Shown here in pieces: positions 10,601 to 23,698 of a DNA stretch of 64,000 nucleotides. Under the pieces are notes generated by a model. That model was given only the letters and a program-made list of their open reading frames with translations. It was not told where the DNA came from and made no database searches. A program made the translations under genes and the position numbers. The DNA is from Eledone cirrhosa (taxonomy: Eukaryota). Every line of letters starts with the position of its first letter. Position 1 is the first letter of the stretch. Where the stretch lies: NCBI GenBank assembly GCA_964016885.1, contig OZ024741.1, forward strand, positions 385,764,001 through 385,828,000. The letters run 5' to 3'.

Positions 10601-13600
10601 ACTGTCCATGGTTCTGTGAAACTGTCCCTGGTTCTATGAAACTGTCCCTGGTTCTATGAAACTGTCCCTAGTTCTGTGAAACTGTTCCTGGTTCTGTGAG
10701 ACTGTGCCTAGTTCTGTGAAACTATCCCTGGTACTGTGAGACTGTCCCTGGTTCTGAGAAACTGTCCCTTCTGTGAAACTGTCCCTTGTTCTGTGAAACT
10801 GTCCTAGTTCTATGAAACTTCCTTGTTCTGTGAAACTGTCCCTAGTTCTATGAAACTGTCCCTGGTTCTTTGAAACTGTCCGTGGTTCTGTGAAACTGTC
10901 CCTAGTTCTGTGAAACTATCCCTGGTTCTGTGAAACTGTCCCTAGTTCTATGAAACTTCCTTGTTCTGTGAAACTGTCCCTAGTTCTATGAAACTGTCCC
11001 TGGTTCTTTGAAACTGTGCCTGGTTCTGTGAGACTGTCCCTAGTTCTGTGAAACTATCCCTGGTTCTGTGAAACTGTCTCTAGTTCTATGAAACTGTCTC
11101 TTGTTCTGTGAAACTGTCCTAGTTCTATGAAACTTCCTTGTTCTGTGAAACTGTCCCTTCTTCTGTGAAACTCTCCCTGGTTCTGTGAAAGTGTCCATTG
11201 CTTGTGAAACTGTCCCTGGTTCTGTGAAACTGTCCCTAGTTCTATGAAACTGTCCCTAGTTCTGTGAAACTGTCCCTTGTTCTATGAAACTGTCCCTGGT
11301 TCTGTGAAACTGTCCCTGGTTCTATGAAACTCCCTGGTTCTGTGAGACTGTGCCTAGTTCTGTGAAACTGTCCCTGGTTCTGTGAAACTGTCCCTAGTTC
11401 TATGAAACTGTCCCTTGTTCTGTGAAACTGTCCCTTGTTCTGTGAAACTGTCCTAGTTCTATGAAACTGTCCCTTGTTCTGTGAAACTGTACGTAGTTCT
11501 ATGAAACTGTCCCTTGTTTTGTGAAACTGTCCCTGGTTCTATGAAACTGTCCCTGGTTCTATGAAACTGTCCCTTGTTCTGCTAAACTGTCCCTTGTTCT
11601 GTGAAACTGTCCCTGGTTGTATGAAACTGTCCCTGGTTCTGTGAAACTGTCCCTAGTTCTTTGAAACTGTCCCTGGTTCTGTGAAACTGTCCCTTGTTCT
11701 ATGAAACTGTCCCTGGTTCTGTGAAACTGTCCCTAGTTCTTTGAAACTGTCCCTGGTTCTGTGAAACTATCCCTGGTTCTGTGAAACTTCCCTAGTTGTA
11801 TGAAACTGTCCCTTGTTCTGAGAAACTGTCCCCTGTTCTGCGAAACTGTCCTAGTTCTATGAAACTTCCTTGTTCTGCGAAACTGTCCCTAGTTCTGTGA
11901 AACTGTCCCTTCTTCTGTGAAACTGTCCCTGGTTCTGTGAAACTATCCCTGGTTCTGTGAAACTTCCCTAGTTGTATGAAACTGTCCCTTGTTCTGAGAA
12001 ACTGTCCCCTGTTCTGCGAAACTGTCCTAGTTCTATGAAACTTCCTTGTTCTGCGAAACTGTCCCTAGTTCTGTGAAACTGTCCCTTCTTCTGTGAAACT
12101 GTCCCTGGTTCTGTGAAAGTGTCCCTTGCTTGTGAAACTGTCCCTGGTTCTGTGAAACTGTCCCTAGTTCTGTGAAACTGTCCCTAGTTCTGTGAAACTG
12201 TCCCTTGTTCTATGAATCTGTCCCTTGTTCTGTGAAACTGTCCCTAGTTCTATGAAACTGTCCCTTGTTCTGTGAAACTGTCCCTAGTTCTATGAAACTG
12301 TCCCTTGTTCTATGAAACTGTCCCTAGTTCTATGAAACTGTCCCTTGTTCTGTGAAACTGTCCCTAGTTCTTTGAAACTGTCCCTGGTTCTATGAGACTG
12401 TCCCTAGTTCTATGAGACTGTCCCTTGTTCTGTGAAACTGTCCCTAGTTCTATGAAACTGTCCCTTGTTTTATGAAACTGTCCCTGGTTCTATGAAACTG
12501 TCCCTGGTTCTATGAAACTGTCCCTTATTCTGCTAAACTGTCCCTTGTTCTGTGAAACTGTCCCTGGTTCTATGAAACTGTCCCTGGTTCTGTGAAACTG
12601 TCCCTAGTTCTTTGAAACTGTCCCTGGTTCTGTGAAACTGTCCCTTGTTCTATGAAACTGTCCCTGGTTCTGTGAAACTGTCCCTAGTTCTTTGAAACTG
12701 TCCCTGGTTCTGTGAAACTATCCCTGGTTCTGTGAAACTTCCCTAGTTCTATGAAACTGTCCCTGGTTCTTTGAAACTGTCCGTGGTTCTGTGAAACTGT
12801 CCCTAGTTCTTTGAAACTGTGCCTGGTTCTGTGAGACTGTACCTAGTTCTGTGAAACTATCCCTGGTTCTGTGAAACTGTCCCTAGTTTTATGAATCTGT
12901 CCCTTGTTCTGTGAAACTGTCCTAGTTCTATGAAACTTCCTTGTTCTGTGAAACTGTCCCTAGTTCTGTGAAACTGTCCCTTCTTCTGTGAAACTGTCCC
13001 TGGTTCTGTGAAAGTGTCCATTGTTTGTGAAACTGTCCCTGGTTCTGTGAAACTGTCCCTAGTTCTGTGAAACTGTCCCTAGTTCTATGAAACTGTCCCT
13101 AGTTCTGTGAAACTGTCCCTTGTTCTATGAAACTGTCCCTGGTTCTGTGAAACTGTCCCTGGTTCTATGAAACTCCCTGGTTCTGTGAGACTGTGCCTAG
13201 TTCTGTGAAACTGTCCCTGGTTCTGTTCAACTGTCCCTAGTTCTATGAAACTGTCCCTTGTTCTGTGAAACTGTCCCTTGTTCTGTGAAACTGTCCTAGT
13301 TCTATGAAACTGTCCCTTGTTCTGTGAAACTCTCCCTAGTTCTATGAAACTGTCCCTTGTTTTGTGAAACTGTCCCTGGTTCTATGAAACTGTCCCTGGT
13401 TCTATGAAACTGTCCCTTGTTCTGCTAAACTGTCCCTTGTTCTGTGAAATTGTCCCTGGTTCTATGAAACTGTCCCTGGTTCTGTGAAACTGTCCCTAGT
13501 TCTTTGAAACTGTCCCTGGTTCTGTGAAACTGTCCCTTGTTCTATGAAACTGTCCCTGGTTCTGTGAAACTGTCCCTAGTTCTTTGAAACTGTCCCTGGT

Positions 13601-16600
13601 TCTGTGAAACTATCCCTGGTTCTGTGAAACTTCCCTAGTTGTATGAAACTGTCCCTGGTTCTGTGAAACTGTCCCTAGTTCTGTGAAACTGTCCCTAGTT
13701 CTGTGAAACTGTCCCTTGTTCTATGAATCTGTCCCTTGTTCTGTGAAACTGTCCCTAGTTCTATGAAACTGTCCCTTGTTCTGTGAAACTGTCCCTAGTT
13801 CTATGAAACTGTCCCTTGTTCTATGAAACTGTCCCTAGTTCTATGAAACTGTCCCTTGTTCTGTGAAACTGTCCCTAGTTCTTTGAAACTGTCCCTGGTT
13901 CTATGAGACTGTCCCTAGTTCTATGAGACTGTCCCTTGTTCTGTGAAACTGTCCCTAGTTCTATGAAACTGTCCCTTGTTTTATGAAACTGTCCCTGGTT
14001 CTATGAAACTGTCCCTGGTTCTATGAAACTGTCCCTTATTCTGCTAAACTGTCCCTTGTTCTGTGAAACTGTCCCTGGTTCTATGAAACTGTCCCTGGTT
14101 CTGTGAAACTGTCCCTAGTTCTTTGAAACTGTCCCTGGTTCTGTGAAACTGTCCCTTGTTCTATGAAACTGTCCCTGGTTCTGTGAAACTGTCCCTAGTT
14201 CTTTGAAACTGTCCCTGGTTCTGTGAAACTATCCCTGGTTCTGTGAAACTTCCCTAGTTCTATGAATCTGTCCCTGGTTCTTTGAAACTGTCCGTGGTTC
14301 TGTGAAACTGTCCCTAGTTCTTTGAAACTGTGCCTGGTTCTGTGAGACTGTACCTAGTTCTGTGAAACTATCCCTGGTTCTGTGAAACTGTCCCTAGTTT
14401 TATGAAACTGTCCCTTGTTCTGTGAAACTGTCCTAGTTCTATGAAACTTCCTTGTTCTGTGAAACTGTCCCTAGTTCTGTGAAACTGTCCCTTCTTCTGT
14501 GAAACTGTCCCTGGTTCTGTGAAAGTGTCCATTGTTTGTGAAACTGTCCCTGGTTCTGTGAAACTGTCCCTAGTTCTGTGAAACTGTCCCTAGTTCTATG
14601 AAACTGTCCCTAGTTCTGTGAAACTGTCCCTTGTTCTATGAAACTGTCCCTGGTTCTGTGAAACTGTCCCTGGTTCTATGAAACTCCCTGGTTCTGTGAG
14701 ACTGTGCCTAGTTCTGTGAAACTGTCCCTGGTTCTGTTCAACTGTCCCTAGTTCTATGAAACTGTCCCTTGTTCTGTGAAACTGTCCCTTGTTCTGTGAA
14801 ACTGTCCTAGTTCTATGAAACTGTCCCTTGTTCTGTGAAACTCTCCCTAGTTCTATGAAACTGTCCCTTGTTTTGTGAAACTGTCCCTGGTTCTATGAAA
14901 CTGTCCCTGGTTCTATGAAACTGTCCCTTGTTCTGCTAAACTGTCCCTTGTTCTGTGAAACTGTCCCTGGTTCTATGAAACTGTCCCTGGTTCTGTGAAA
15001 CTGTCCCTAGTTCTTTGAAACTGTCCCTGGTTCTGTGAAACTGTCCCTTGTTCTATGAAACTGTCCCTGGTTCTGTGAAACTGTCCCTAGTTCTTTGAAA
15101 CTGTCCCTGGTTCTGTGAAACTATCCCTGGTTCTGTGAAACTTCCCTAGTTGTATGAAACTGTCCCTTGTTCTGAGAAACTGTCCCCTGTTCTGCGAAAC
15201 TGTCCTAGTTCTATGAAACTTCCGTGTTCTTCTAAACTGTCCCTTCTTCTGTGAAAGTGTCCCTTGCTTGTGAAACTGTCCCTGGTTCTGTGAAACTGTC
15301 CCTAGTTCTGTGAAACTGTCCCTTGTTCTGTGAAACTGTCCCTAGTTCTATGAAACTGTCCCCAGTTCTGTGAAACTGTCCCTTGTTCTATGAAACTGTC
15401 CCTGGTTCTGTGAAACTGTCCCTGGTTCTATGAAACTGTCCCTGGTTCTATGAGACTGTGCCTTGTTCTGTGAAACTGTCCCTTGTTCTGTGAAACTGTC
15501 CCTAGTTCTATGAAACTGTCCCTTGTTCTGTGAAACTGTCCCTAGTTCTATGAAACTGCCCCTCGTTCTGTGAAACTGTCCCTAGTTCTATGAAACTGTC
15601 CCTTGTTCTGTGAAACTGTCCATGGTTCTGTGAAACTGTCCCTGGTTCTATGAAACTGTCCCTGGTTCTATGAAACTGTCCCTAGTTCTGTGAAACTGTT
15701 CCTGGTTCTGTGAGACTGTGCCTAGTTCTGTGAAACTATCCCTGGTTCTGTGAGACTGTCCCTGGTTCTGAGAAACTGTCCCTTCTGTGAAACTGTCCCT
15801 TGTTCTGTGAAACTGTCCTAGTTCTATGAAACTTCCTTGTTCTGTGAAACTGTCCCTAGTTCTATGAAACTGTCCCTGGTTCTTTGAAACTGTCCGTGGT
15901 TCTGTGAAACTGTCCCTAGTTCTTTGAAACTGTCCCTTGTTCTGTGAAACTGTCCTAGTTCTATGAAACTTCCTTGTTCTGTGAAACTGTCCCTAGTTCT
16001 ATGAAACTGTCCCTGGTTCTTTGAAACTGTCCCTGGTTCTGTCAAACTGTCCCTAGTTCTATGAAACTGTCTCTTGTTCTGTGAAACTGTCCTAGTTCTA
16101 TGAAACTTCCTTGTTCTGTGAAACTGTCCCTTCTTCTGTGAAACTGTCTCTGGTTCTGTGAAAGTGTCCATTGCTTGTGAAACTGTCCCTGGTTCTGTGA
16201 AACTGTCCCTAGTTCTGTGAAACTGTCCCTAGTTCTATGAAACTGTCCCTAGTTCTGTGAAACTGTCCCTTGTTCTATGAAACTGTCCCTGGTTCTGTGA
16301 AACTGTCCCTGGTACTATGAAACTCCCTGGTTCTGTGAGACTGTGCCTAGTTCTGTGAAACTGTCCCTGGTTCTGTTCAACTGTCCCTAGTTCTATGAAA
16401 CTGTCCCTTGTTCTGTGAAACTGTCCCTTGTTCTGTGAAACTGTCCTAGTTCTATGAAATTGTCCCTTGTTCTGTGAAACTGTCCCTAGTTCTATGAAAC
16501 TGTCCCTTGTTTTGTGAAACTGTCCCTGGTTCTATGAAACTGTCCCTGGTTCTATGAAACTGTCCCTTGTTCTGCTAAACTGTCCCTTGTTCTGTGAAAC

Positions 16601-19600
16601 TGTCACTGGTTCTATGAAACTGTCCCTGGTTCTGTGAAACTGTCCCTAGTTCTTTGAAACTGTCCCTGGTTCTGTGAAACTGTCCCTTGTTCTATGAAAC
16701 TGTCCCTGGTTCTGTGAAACTGTCCCTAGTTCTTTGAAACTGTCCCTGGTTCTGTGAAACTATCCCTGGTTCTGTGAAACTTCCCTAGTTGTATGAAACT
16801 GTCCCTTGTTCTGAGAAACTGTCCCCTGTTCTGCGAAACTGTCCTAGTTCTATGAAACTTCCGTGTTCTTCGAAACTGTCCCTTCTTCTGTGAAAGTGTC
16901 CCTTGCTTGTGAAACTGTCCCTGGTTCTGTGAAACTGTCCCTAGTTCTGTGAAACTGTCCCTTGTTCTGTGAAACTGTCCCTAGTTCTATGAAACTGTCC
17001 CCAGTTCTGTGAAACTGTCCCTTGTTCTATGAAACTGTCCCTGGTTCTGTGAAACTGTCCCTGGTTCTATGAAACTGTCCCTGGTTCTATGAGACTGTGC
17101 CTAGTTCTGTGAAACTGTCCCTAGTTCTGTGAAACTGTCACTAGTTCTATGAAATTGTCCCTTGTTCTGTGAAACTGTCCCTTGTTCTGTGAAACTGTCC
17201 CTAGTTCTATGAAACTGTCCCTTGTTCTGTGAAACTGTCCCTAGTTCTATGAAACTGTCCCTTGTTCTGTGAAACTGTCCATGGTTCTGTGAAACTGTCC
17301 CTGGTTCTATGAAACTGTCCCTGGTTCTATGAAACTGTCCCTAGTTCTGTGAAACTGTTCCTGGTTCTGTGAGACTGTGCCTAGTTCTGTGAAACTATCC
17401 CTGGTTCTGTGAGACTGTCCCTGGTTCTGAGAAACTGTCCCTTCTGTGAAACTGTCCCTTGTTCTGTGAAACTGTCCTAGTTCTATGAAACTTCCTTGTT
17501 CTGTGAAACTGTCCCTAGTTCTATGAAACTGTCCCTGGTTCTTTGAAACTGTCCGTGGTTCTGTGAAACTGTCCCTAGTTCTTTGAAACTGTCCCTTGTT
17601 CTGTGAAACTGTCCTAGTTCTATGAAACTTCCTTGTTCTGTGAAACTGTCCCTAGTTCTATGAAACTGTCCCTGGTTCTTTGAAACTGTCCCTGGTTCTG
17701 TCAAACTGTCCCTAGTTCTATGAAACTGTCTCTTGTTCTGTGAAACTGTCCTAGTTCTATGAAACTTCCTTGTTCTGTGAAACTGTCCCTTCTTCTGTGA
17801 AACTGTCTCTGGTTCTGTGAAAGTGTCCATTGCTTGTGAAACTGTCCCTGGTTCTGTGAAACTGTCCCTAGTTCTGTGAAACTGTCCCTAGTTCTATGAA
17901 ACTGTCCCTAGTTCTGTGAAACTGTCCCTTGTTCTATGAAACTGTCCCTGGTTCTGTGAAACTGTCCCTGGTACTATGAAACTCCCTGGTTCTGTGAGAC
18001 TGTGCCTAGTTCTGTGAAACTGTCCCTGGTTCTGTTCAACTGTCCCTAGTTCTATGAAACTGTCCCTTGTTCTGTGAAACTGTCCCTTGTTCTGTGAAAC
18101 TGTCCTAGTTCTATGAAATTGTCCCTTGTTCTGTGAAACTGTCCCTAGTTCTATGAAACTGTCCCTTGTTTTGTGAAACTGTCCCTGGTTCTATGAAACT
18201 GTCACTGGTTCTATGAAACTGTCCCTTGTTCTGCTAAACTGTCCCTTGTTCTGTGAAACTGTCACTGGTTCTATGAAACTGTCCCTGGTTCTGTGAAACT
18301 GTCCCTAGTTCTTTGAAACTGTCCCTGGTTCTGTGAAACTGTCCCTTGTTCTATGAAACTGTCCCTGGTTCTGTGAAACTGTCCCTAGTTCTTTGAAACT
18401 GTCCCTGGTTCTGTGAAACTATCCCTGGTTCTGTGAAACTTCCCTAGTTGTATGAAACTGTCCCTTGTTCTGAGAAACTGTCCCCTGTTCTGCGAAACTG
18501 TCCTAGTTCTATGAAACTTCCGTGTTCTTCGAAACTGTCCCTTCTTCTGTGAAAGTGTCCCTTGCTTGTGAAACTGTCCCTGGTTCTGTGAAACTGTCCC
18601 TAGTTCTGTGAAACTGTCCCTTGTTCTGTGAAACTGTCCCTAGTTCTATGAAACTGTCCCCAGTTCTGTGAAACTGTCCCTTGTTCTATGAAACTGTCCC
18701 TGGTTCTGTGAAACTGTCCCTGGTTCTATGAAACTGTCCCTGGTTCTATGAGACTGTGCCTAGTTCTGTGAAACTGTCCCTAGTTCTGTGAAACTGTCAC
18801 TAGTTCTATGAAATTGTCCCTTGTTCTGTGAAACTGTCCCTTGTTCTGTGAAACTGTCCCTAGTTCTATGAAACTGTCCCTTGTTCTGTGAAACTGTCCC
18901 TAGTTCTATGAAACTGCCCCTCGTTCTGTGAAACTGTCCCTAGTTCTATGAAACTGTCCCTTGTTCTGTGAAACTGTCCATGGTTCTGTGAAACTGTCCC
19001 TGGTTCTATGAAACTGTCCCTGGTTCTATGAAACTGTCCCTAGTTCTGTGAAACTGTTCCTGGTTCTGTGAGACTGTGCCTAGTTCTGTGAAACTATCCC
19101 TGGTTCTGTGAGACTGTCCCTGGTTCTGAGAAACTGTCCCTTCTGTGAAACTGTCCCTTGTTCTGTGAAACTGTCCTAGTTCTATGAAACTTCCTTGTTC
19201 TGTGAAACTGTCCCTAGTTCTATGAAACTGTCCCTGGTTCTTTGAAACTGTCCGTGGTTCTGTGAAACTGTCCCTAGTTCTTTGAAACTGTCCCTTGTTC
19301 TGTGAAACTGTCCTAGTTCTATGAAACTTCCTTGTTCTGTGAAACTGTCCCTAGTTCTATGAAACTGTCCCTGGTTCTTTGAAACTGTCCCTGGTTCTGT
19401 CAAACTGTCCCTAGTTCTATGAAACTGTCTCTTGTTCTGTGAAACTGTCCTAGTTCTATGAAACTTCCTTGTTCTGTGAAACTGTCCCTTCTTCTGTGAA
19501 ACTGTCTCTGGTTCTGTGAAAGTGTCCATTGCTTGTGAAACTGTCCCTGGTTCTGTGAAACTGTCCCTAGTTCTGTGAAACTGTCCCTAGTTCTATGAAA

Positions 19601-21628
19601 CTGTCCCTAGTTCTGTGAAACTGTCCCTTGTTCTATGAAACTGTCCCTGGTTCTGTGAAACTGTCCCTGGTACTATGAAACTCCCTGGTTCTGTGAGACT
19701 GTGCCTAGTTCTGTGAAACTGTCCCTGGTTCTGTTCAACTGTCCCTAGTTCTATGAAACTGTCCCTTGTTCTGTGAAACTGTCCCTTGTTCTGTGAAACT
19801 GTCCTAGTTCTATGAAATTGTCCCTTGTTCTGTGAAACTGTCCCTAGTTCTATGAAACTGTCCCTTGTTTTGTGAAACTGTCCCTGGTTCTATGAAACTG
19901 TCCCTGGTTCTATGAAACTGTCCCTTGTTCTGCTAAACTGTCCCTTGTTCTGTGAAACTGTCACTGGTTCTATGAAACTGTCCCTGGTTCTGTGAAACTG
20001 TCCCTAGTTCTTTGAAACTGTCCCTGGTTCTGTGAAACTGTCCCTTGTTCTATGAAACTGTCCCTGGTTCTGTGAAACTGTCCCTAGTTCTTTGAAACTG
20101 TCCCTGGTTCTGTGAAACTATCCCTGGTTCTGTGAAACTTCCCTAGTTGTATGAAACTGTCCCTTGTTCTGAGAAACTGTCCCCTGTTCTGCGAAACTGT
20201 CCTAGTTCTATGAAACTTCCTTGTTCTGCGAAACTGTCCCTAGTTCTGTGAAACTGTCCCTTCTTCTGTGAAACTGTCCCTGGTTCTGTGAAACTATCCC
20301 TGGTTCTGTGAAACTTCCCTAGTTGTATGAAACTGTCCCTTGTTCTGAGAAACTGTCCCCTGTTCTGCGAAACTGTCCTAGTTCTATGAAACTTCCTTGT
20401 TCTGCGAAACTGTCCCTAGTTCTGTGAAACTGTCCCTTCTTCTGTGAAACTGTCCCTGGTTCTGTGAAAGTGTCCCTTGCTTGTGAAACTGTCCCTGGTT
20501 CTGTGAAACTGTCCCTAGTTCTGCGAAACTGTCCCTAGTTCTGTGAAACTGTCCCTTGTTCTATGAATCTGTCCCTTGTTCTGTGAAACTGTCCCTAGTT
20601 CTATGAAACTGTCCCTTGTTCTGTGAAACTGTCCCTAGTTCTATGAAACTGTCCCTTGTTCTATGAAACTGTCCCTAGTTCTATGAAACTGTCCCTTGTT
20701 CTGTGAAACTGTCCCTAGTTCTTTGAAACTGTCCCTGGTTCTATGAGACTGTCCGTAGTTCTATGAGACTATCCCTTGTTCTGTGAAACTGTCCCTAGTT
20801 CTATGAAACTCTCCCTTGTTTTATGAAACTGTCCCTGGTTCTATGAAACTGTCCCTGGTTCTATGAAACTCTCCCTTGTTCTGCTAAACTGTCCCTTGTT
20901 CTGTGAAACTGTCCCTGGTTCTATGAAACTGTCCCTGGTTCTGTGAAACTGTCCCTAGTTCTTTGAAACTGTCCCTGGTTCTGTGAAACTGTCCCTTGTT
21001 CTATGAAACTGTCCCTGGTTCTGTGAAACTGTCCCTAGTTCTTTGAAACTGTCCCTGGTTCTGTGAAACTATCCCTGGTTCTGTGAAACTTCCCTAGTTC
21101 TATGAAACTGTCCCTTGTTCTGAGAAACTGTCCCCTGTTCTGCGAAACTGTCCCCTGTTCTGCGAAACTGTCCTAGTTCTATGAAACTTCCTTGTTCTGC
21201 GAAACTGTCCCTAGTTCTGTGAAACTGTCCCTTCTTCTGTGAAACTGTCCCTGGTTCTGTGAAAGTGTCCCTTGCTTGTGAAACTGTCCCTAGTTCTGTG
21301 AAACTGTCCCTAGTTCTGTGAAACTGTCCCTAGTTCTATGAATCTGTCCCTTGTTCTGTGAAACTGTCCCTAGTTCTATGAAACTGTCCCTTGTTCTGTG
21401 AAACTGTCCCCAGTTCTATGAAACTGTCCCTTGTTCTATGAAACTGTCCCTAGTTCTATGAAACTGTCCCTTGTTCTGTGAAACTGTCCCTAGTTCTTTG
21501 AAACTGTCCCTGGTTCTATGAGACTGTCCCTAGTTCTATGAGACTGTCCCTTGTTCTGTGAAACTGTCCCTAGTTCTATGAAACTGTCCCTTGTTCTATG
21601 AAACTGTCCCTAGTTCTATGAGACTGTC
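7651..21628. repeat. 20-bp satellite array (~14 kb, ~700 monomers) with higher-order repeats
   Basis: Uninterrupted tandem AAACTGTCCCT(A/G/T)GTTCT(G/A)TG with shared variant monomers. Confidence 0.99.
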
Positions 21629-21803
21629 TGTATATATTCATATCAAAATCTTCCATCATAATTTATGTAAAAACTTTTTGTCAAGCTGTGCTCCGAAACA
21701 GCCTAATAATGGCAAAGTTAGTTATTTTACTAAATCCCGTTCAAATTTTGTAGTATTTCCAAAATCTTTTAAAACATTAGAAACATGGTAACAAAAGGTT
21801 TAA
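21629..21803 (+). mobile_element. Right half of a TTAA-type MITE, abutting the satellite
   Basis: Homologous to 43345-43520 and to reverse-strand copies at 49490-49590, 52680-52805 and 58200-58290; ends ...ggtaacaaaaggtttaa. Confidence 0.75.
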
Positions 21804-22152
21804 AATAATAGTCAGTTATTGACAATTATTTGTTTTTAATTTTTGAATTATTAAACCCTCAATTACTTGTACTTCAAAATAAAGAACCTCCAAGCTGCTT
21901 TACAGCATCCTAACTTCCAATTTTTTCTTTATATTTTTTATGCTTATTTTACCTTCAGCTGGCCTTTTCTATTTAATTATTTTATTTTATTTATCTATTT
22001 TTTTCATTTTTATATTCACTTATCTCTGTATATTTTGGTTTTTGTTTCTCAACTGTAAGAAGTACTAGATACTTTCACGGCTTACTAGCTCTATACAGAC
22101 GTTTAAATTGATTAAATAAATATATTTTTTCCTTGTTTGGCTTTTTTTTCAG

Positions 22153-22233
22153 CTCCAAACCATGTCAGTATTGGTGATATTAAAAAGGTACTAAAACAAT
22201 CACAAAATCCAGAATTCGTTCCAGTTAAATACA
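22153..22233 (+). CDS. VWA8: VWA8 exon 2
   Basis: ttttttttcag acceptor, gtgagt donor; PNHVSIGDIKKVLKQSQNPEFVPVKY resembles VWA8 VNIGDVSYKLKIPKNPELVPQNY (recalled). Confidence 0.9.
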
Positions 22234-22264
22234 GTGAGTTTATAGAAGCTTTTGTTGATTAAAT

Positions 22265-22463
22265 CAGGCATGTCAAACTGAGGGTCCCCCAGGGGCTACA
22301 TGGGTCACATATGTGTTGTCTGAGGGCCATACACGATAACTAATTGTGTACATTACAACAATTTTTTAAATTTCATATTACAAAGATAAAACATGCTCGT
22401 GCTGTAAAAACCTTGTGCGGGCCGCAGGTGTGCTTGTAAAAGGCCACATGTTTGAAATGCCTG
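22265..22463. mobile_element. hAT-type MITE
   Basis: TIRs caggcatgtcaaac and gtttgaaatgcctg; perfect 8-bp TSD GATTAAAT (22257-22264 and 22464-22471); a partial copy starts near 5100. Confidence 0.9.
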
Positions 22464-22890
22464 GATTAAATTACTGATTTGAATTATGCTTTAAATTAAT
22501 TGCATGTGCATTTAATGGTTAGGATGCTTAACATACAATTGTAATGTCATCGGTTCTTTTCCTGGACTGGGTTGTGTGTTGTGTTCTTGAGCAAAATCCT
22601 TTATTTCACGTTGCTCTAGTATACTTAGCTGAGATGAGCACTAGCAGTAGCTGGGGAGTTAAACCTGCAATAGACTGGTGTCATATCCAGGGAGAGTCTT
22701 GTACTCTTAGTCACTTAATGCTAAGGAAACCGGGGATAAGCACTGACCTGATGAGCCTTCAGCTTAGAACAGACTCTAACTTAATGTAGCATTAACAGTA
22801 CTGTATTTCAATGCTGTACTATAGTACAGAGTATATTGCTAGATATTAACCAGTACTGTATGTAGAGAGGCACCTTGTCTCTATATACAA

Positions 22891-22990
22891 TCTCTTTGTG
22901 GACAGAAAAAGAGGATTGGCTGGACTAGTTTCAATCCTGTGTTGGGATTTTATCAGCAACTGAGCAGCCTTCTTATCTGTCCACAGAGAC
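22891..22990 (-). ncRNA. Type I hammerhead ribozyme-like motif (core CUGAUAA variant)
   Basis: Minus strand: gttg CTGATAA aatcc-caacaca-ggatt GAA ACTAGT C cagc, closed by a long outer stem (tgtggacaga/tctgtccaca). Confidence 0.7.
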
Positions 22991-23173
22991 ACTGCTTATA
23001 AACCTGAGAGTTTAAGTAAATCAGATAGTTTAATTATGGATTACTGGTGTGTTAACAATATTTTATTTCAATGATGTACTGTACTACAGAGTATATCAAT
23101 AGGTTTTTAACCAACACTAATGGTTAAAAAATGCTTGAAGTTTCTAAATTCTTTCAATTGTTTTTAATTTCAG

Positions 23174-23229
23174 TCTGTTCTAATCCATCACAGGCTGTTC
23201 TCCGGCATTTAAGATGGATAATGCAAAAG
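23174..23229 (+). CDS. VWA8: VWA8 exon 3
   Basis: tttcag acceptor, gtaaat donor; QAVLRHLRWIMQK. Confidence 0.93.
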
Positions 23230-23698
23230 GTAAATTTTCCATTGGTTTAAAAAAATATCTTGTGTATACAGTTTGGAATAGGTTCTCTATATCACTGTGT
23301 TATAAGAGGCAACAAAAACGTTGACTGCAGGAAGGGCATTTGGTTGTAAAGCAATGCCTTAACAAGAATCCCTTGATGACTATGAAGCATGGGTCCAGCA
23401 AGGCTATGGGTCCAGCAAGGCTAACCTCTATTCCAGAGAAAATGGTCTGAAAACGCTTGTTGTGTTTGTTGTTCTATAAATTTTTAATATGTATTCTCAT
23501 TGAATAGTTTTATGGATTTGATAAATAAACTATTATAGGCACAGGTATAGCTGTGTGGTTAAGTAGTTTGCTTCACAACTGCATGGTTCTTGGTTCAGTC
23601 CCACTGTACAGCACCTTGGGCAAATGTTTTCTACTATAGCCTCAAGTTGACCAATACCTTGTGAATGGAAACTGCACAAGTCAACCGTATATATATAT

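Noticed and set aside
7651-21628. CRISPR-like array, or coding repeat ORFs (FHRTRDSF...) at 7818, 15824, 17483 and 19182
   Set aside because: There are no unique spacers; the ORFs are chance open frames of the 20-bp unit, repeated because of the HOR.
22745-22775. CTGATGA hits at ~22748, ~31423, ~33931 and ~40710 as hammerheads
   Set aside because: No stem II-GAAA-stem III arrangement follows; some lie within SINE or LINE coding sequence.
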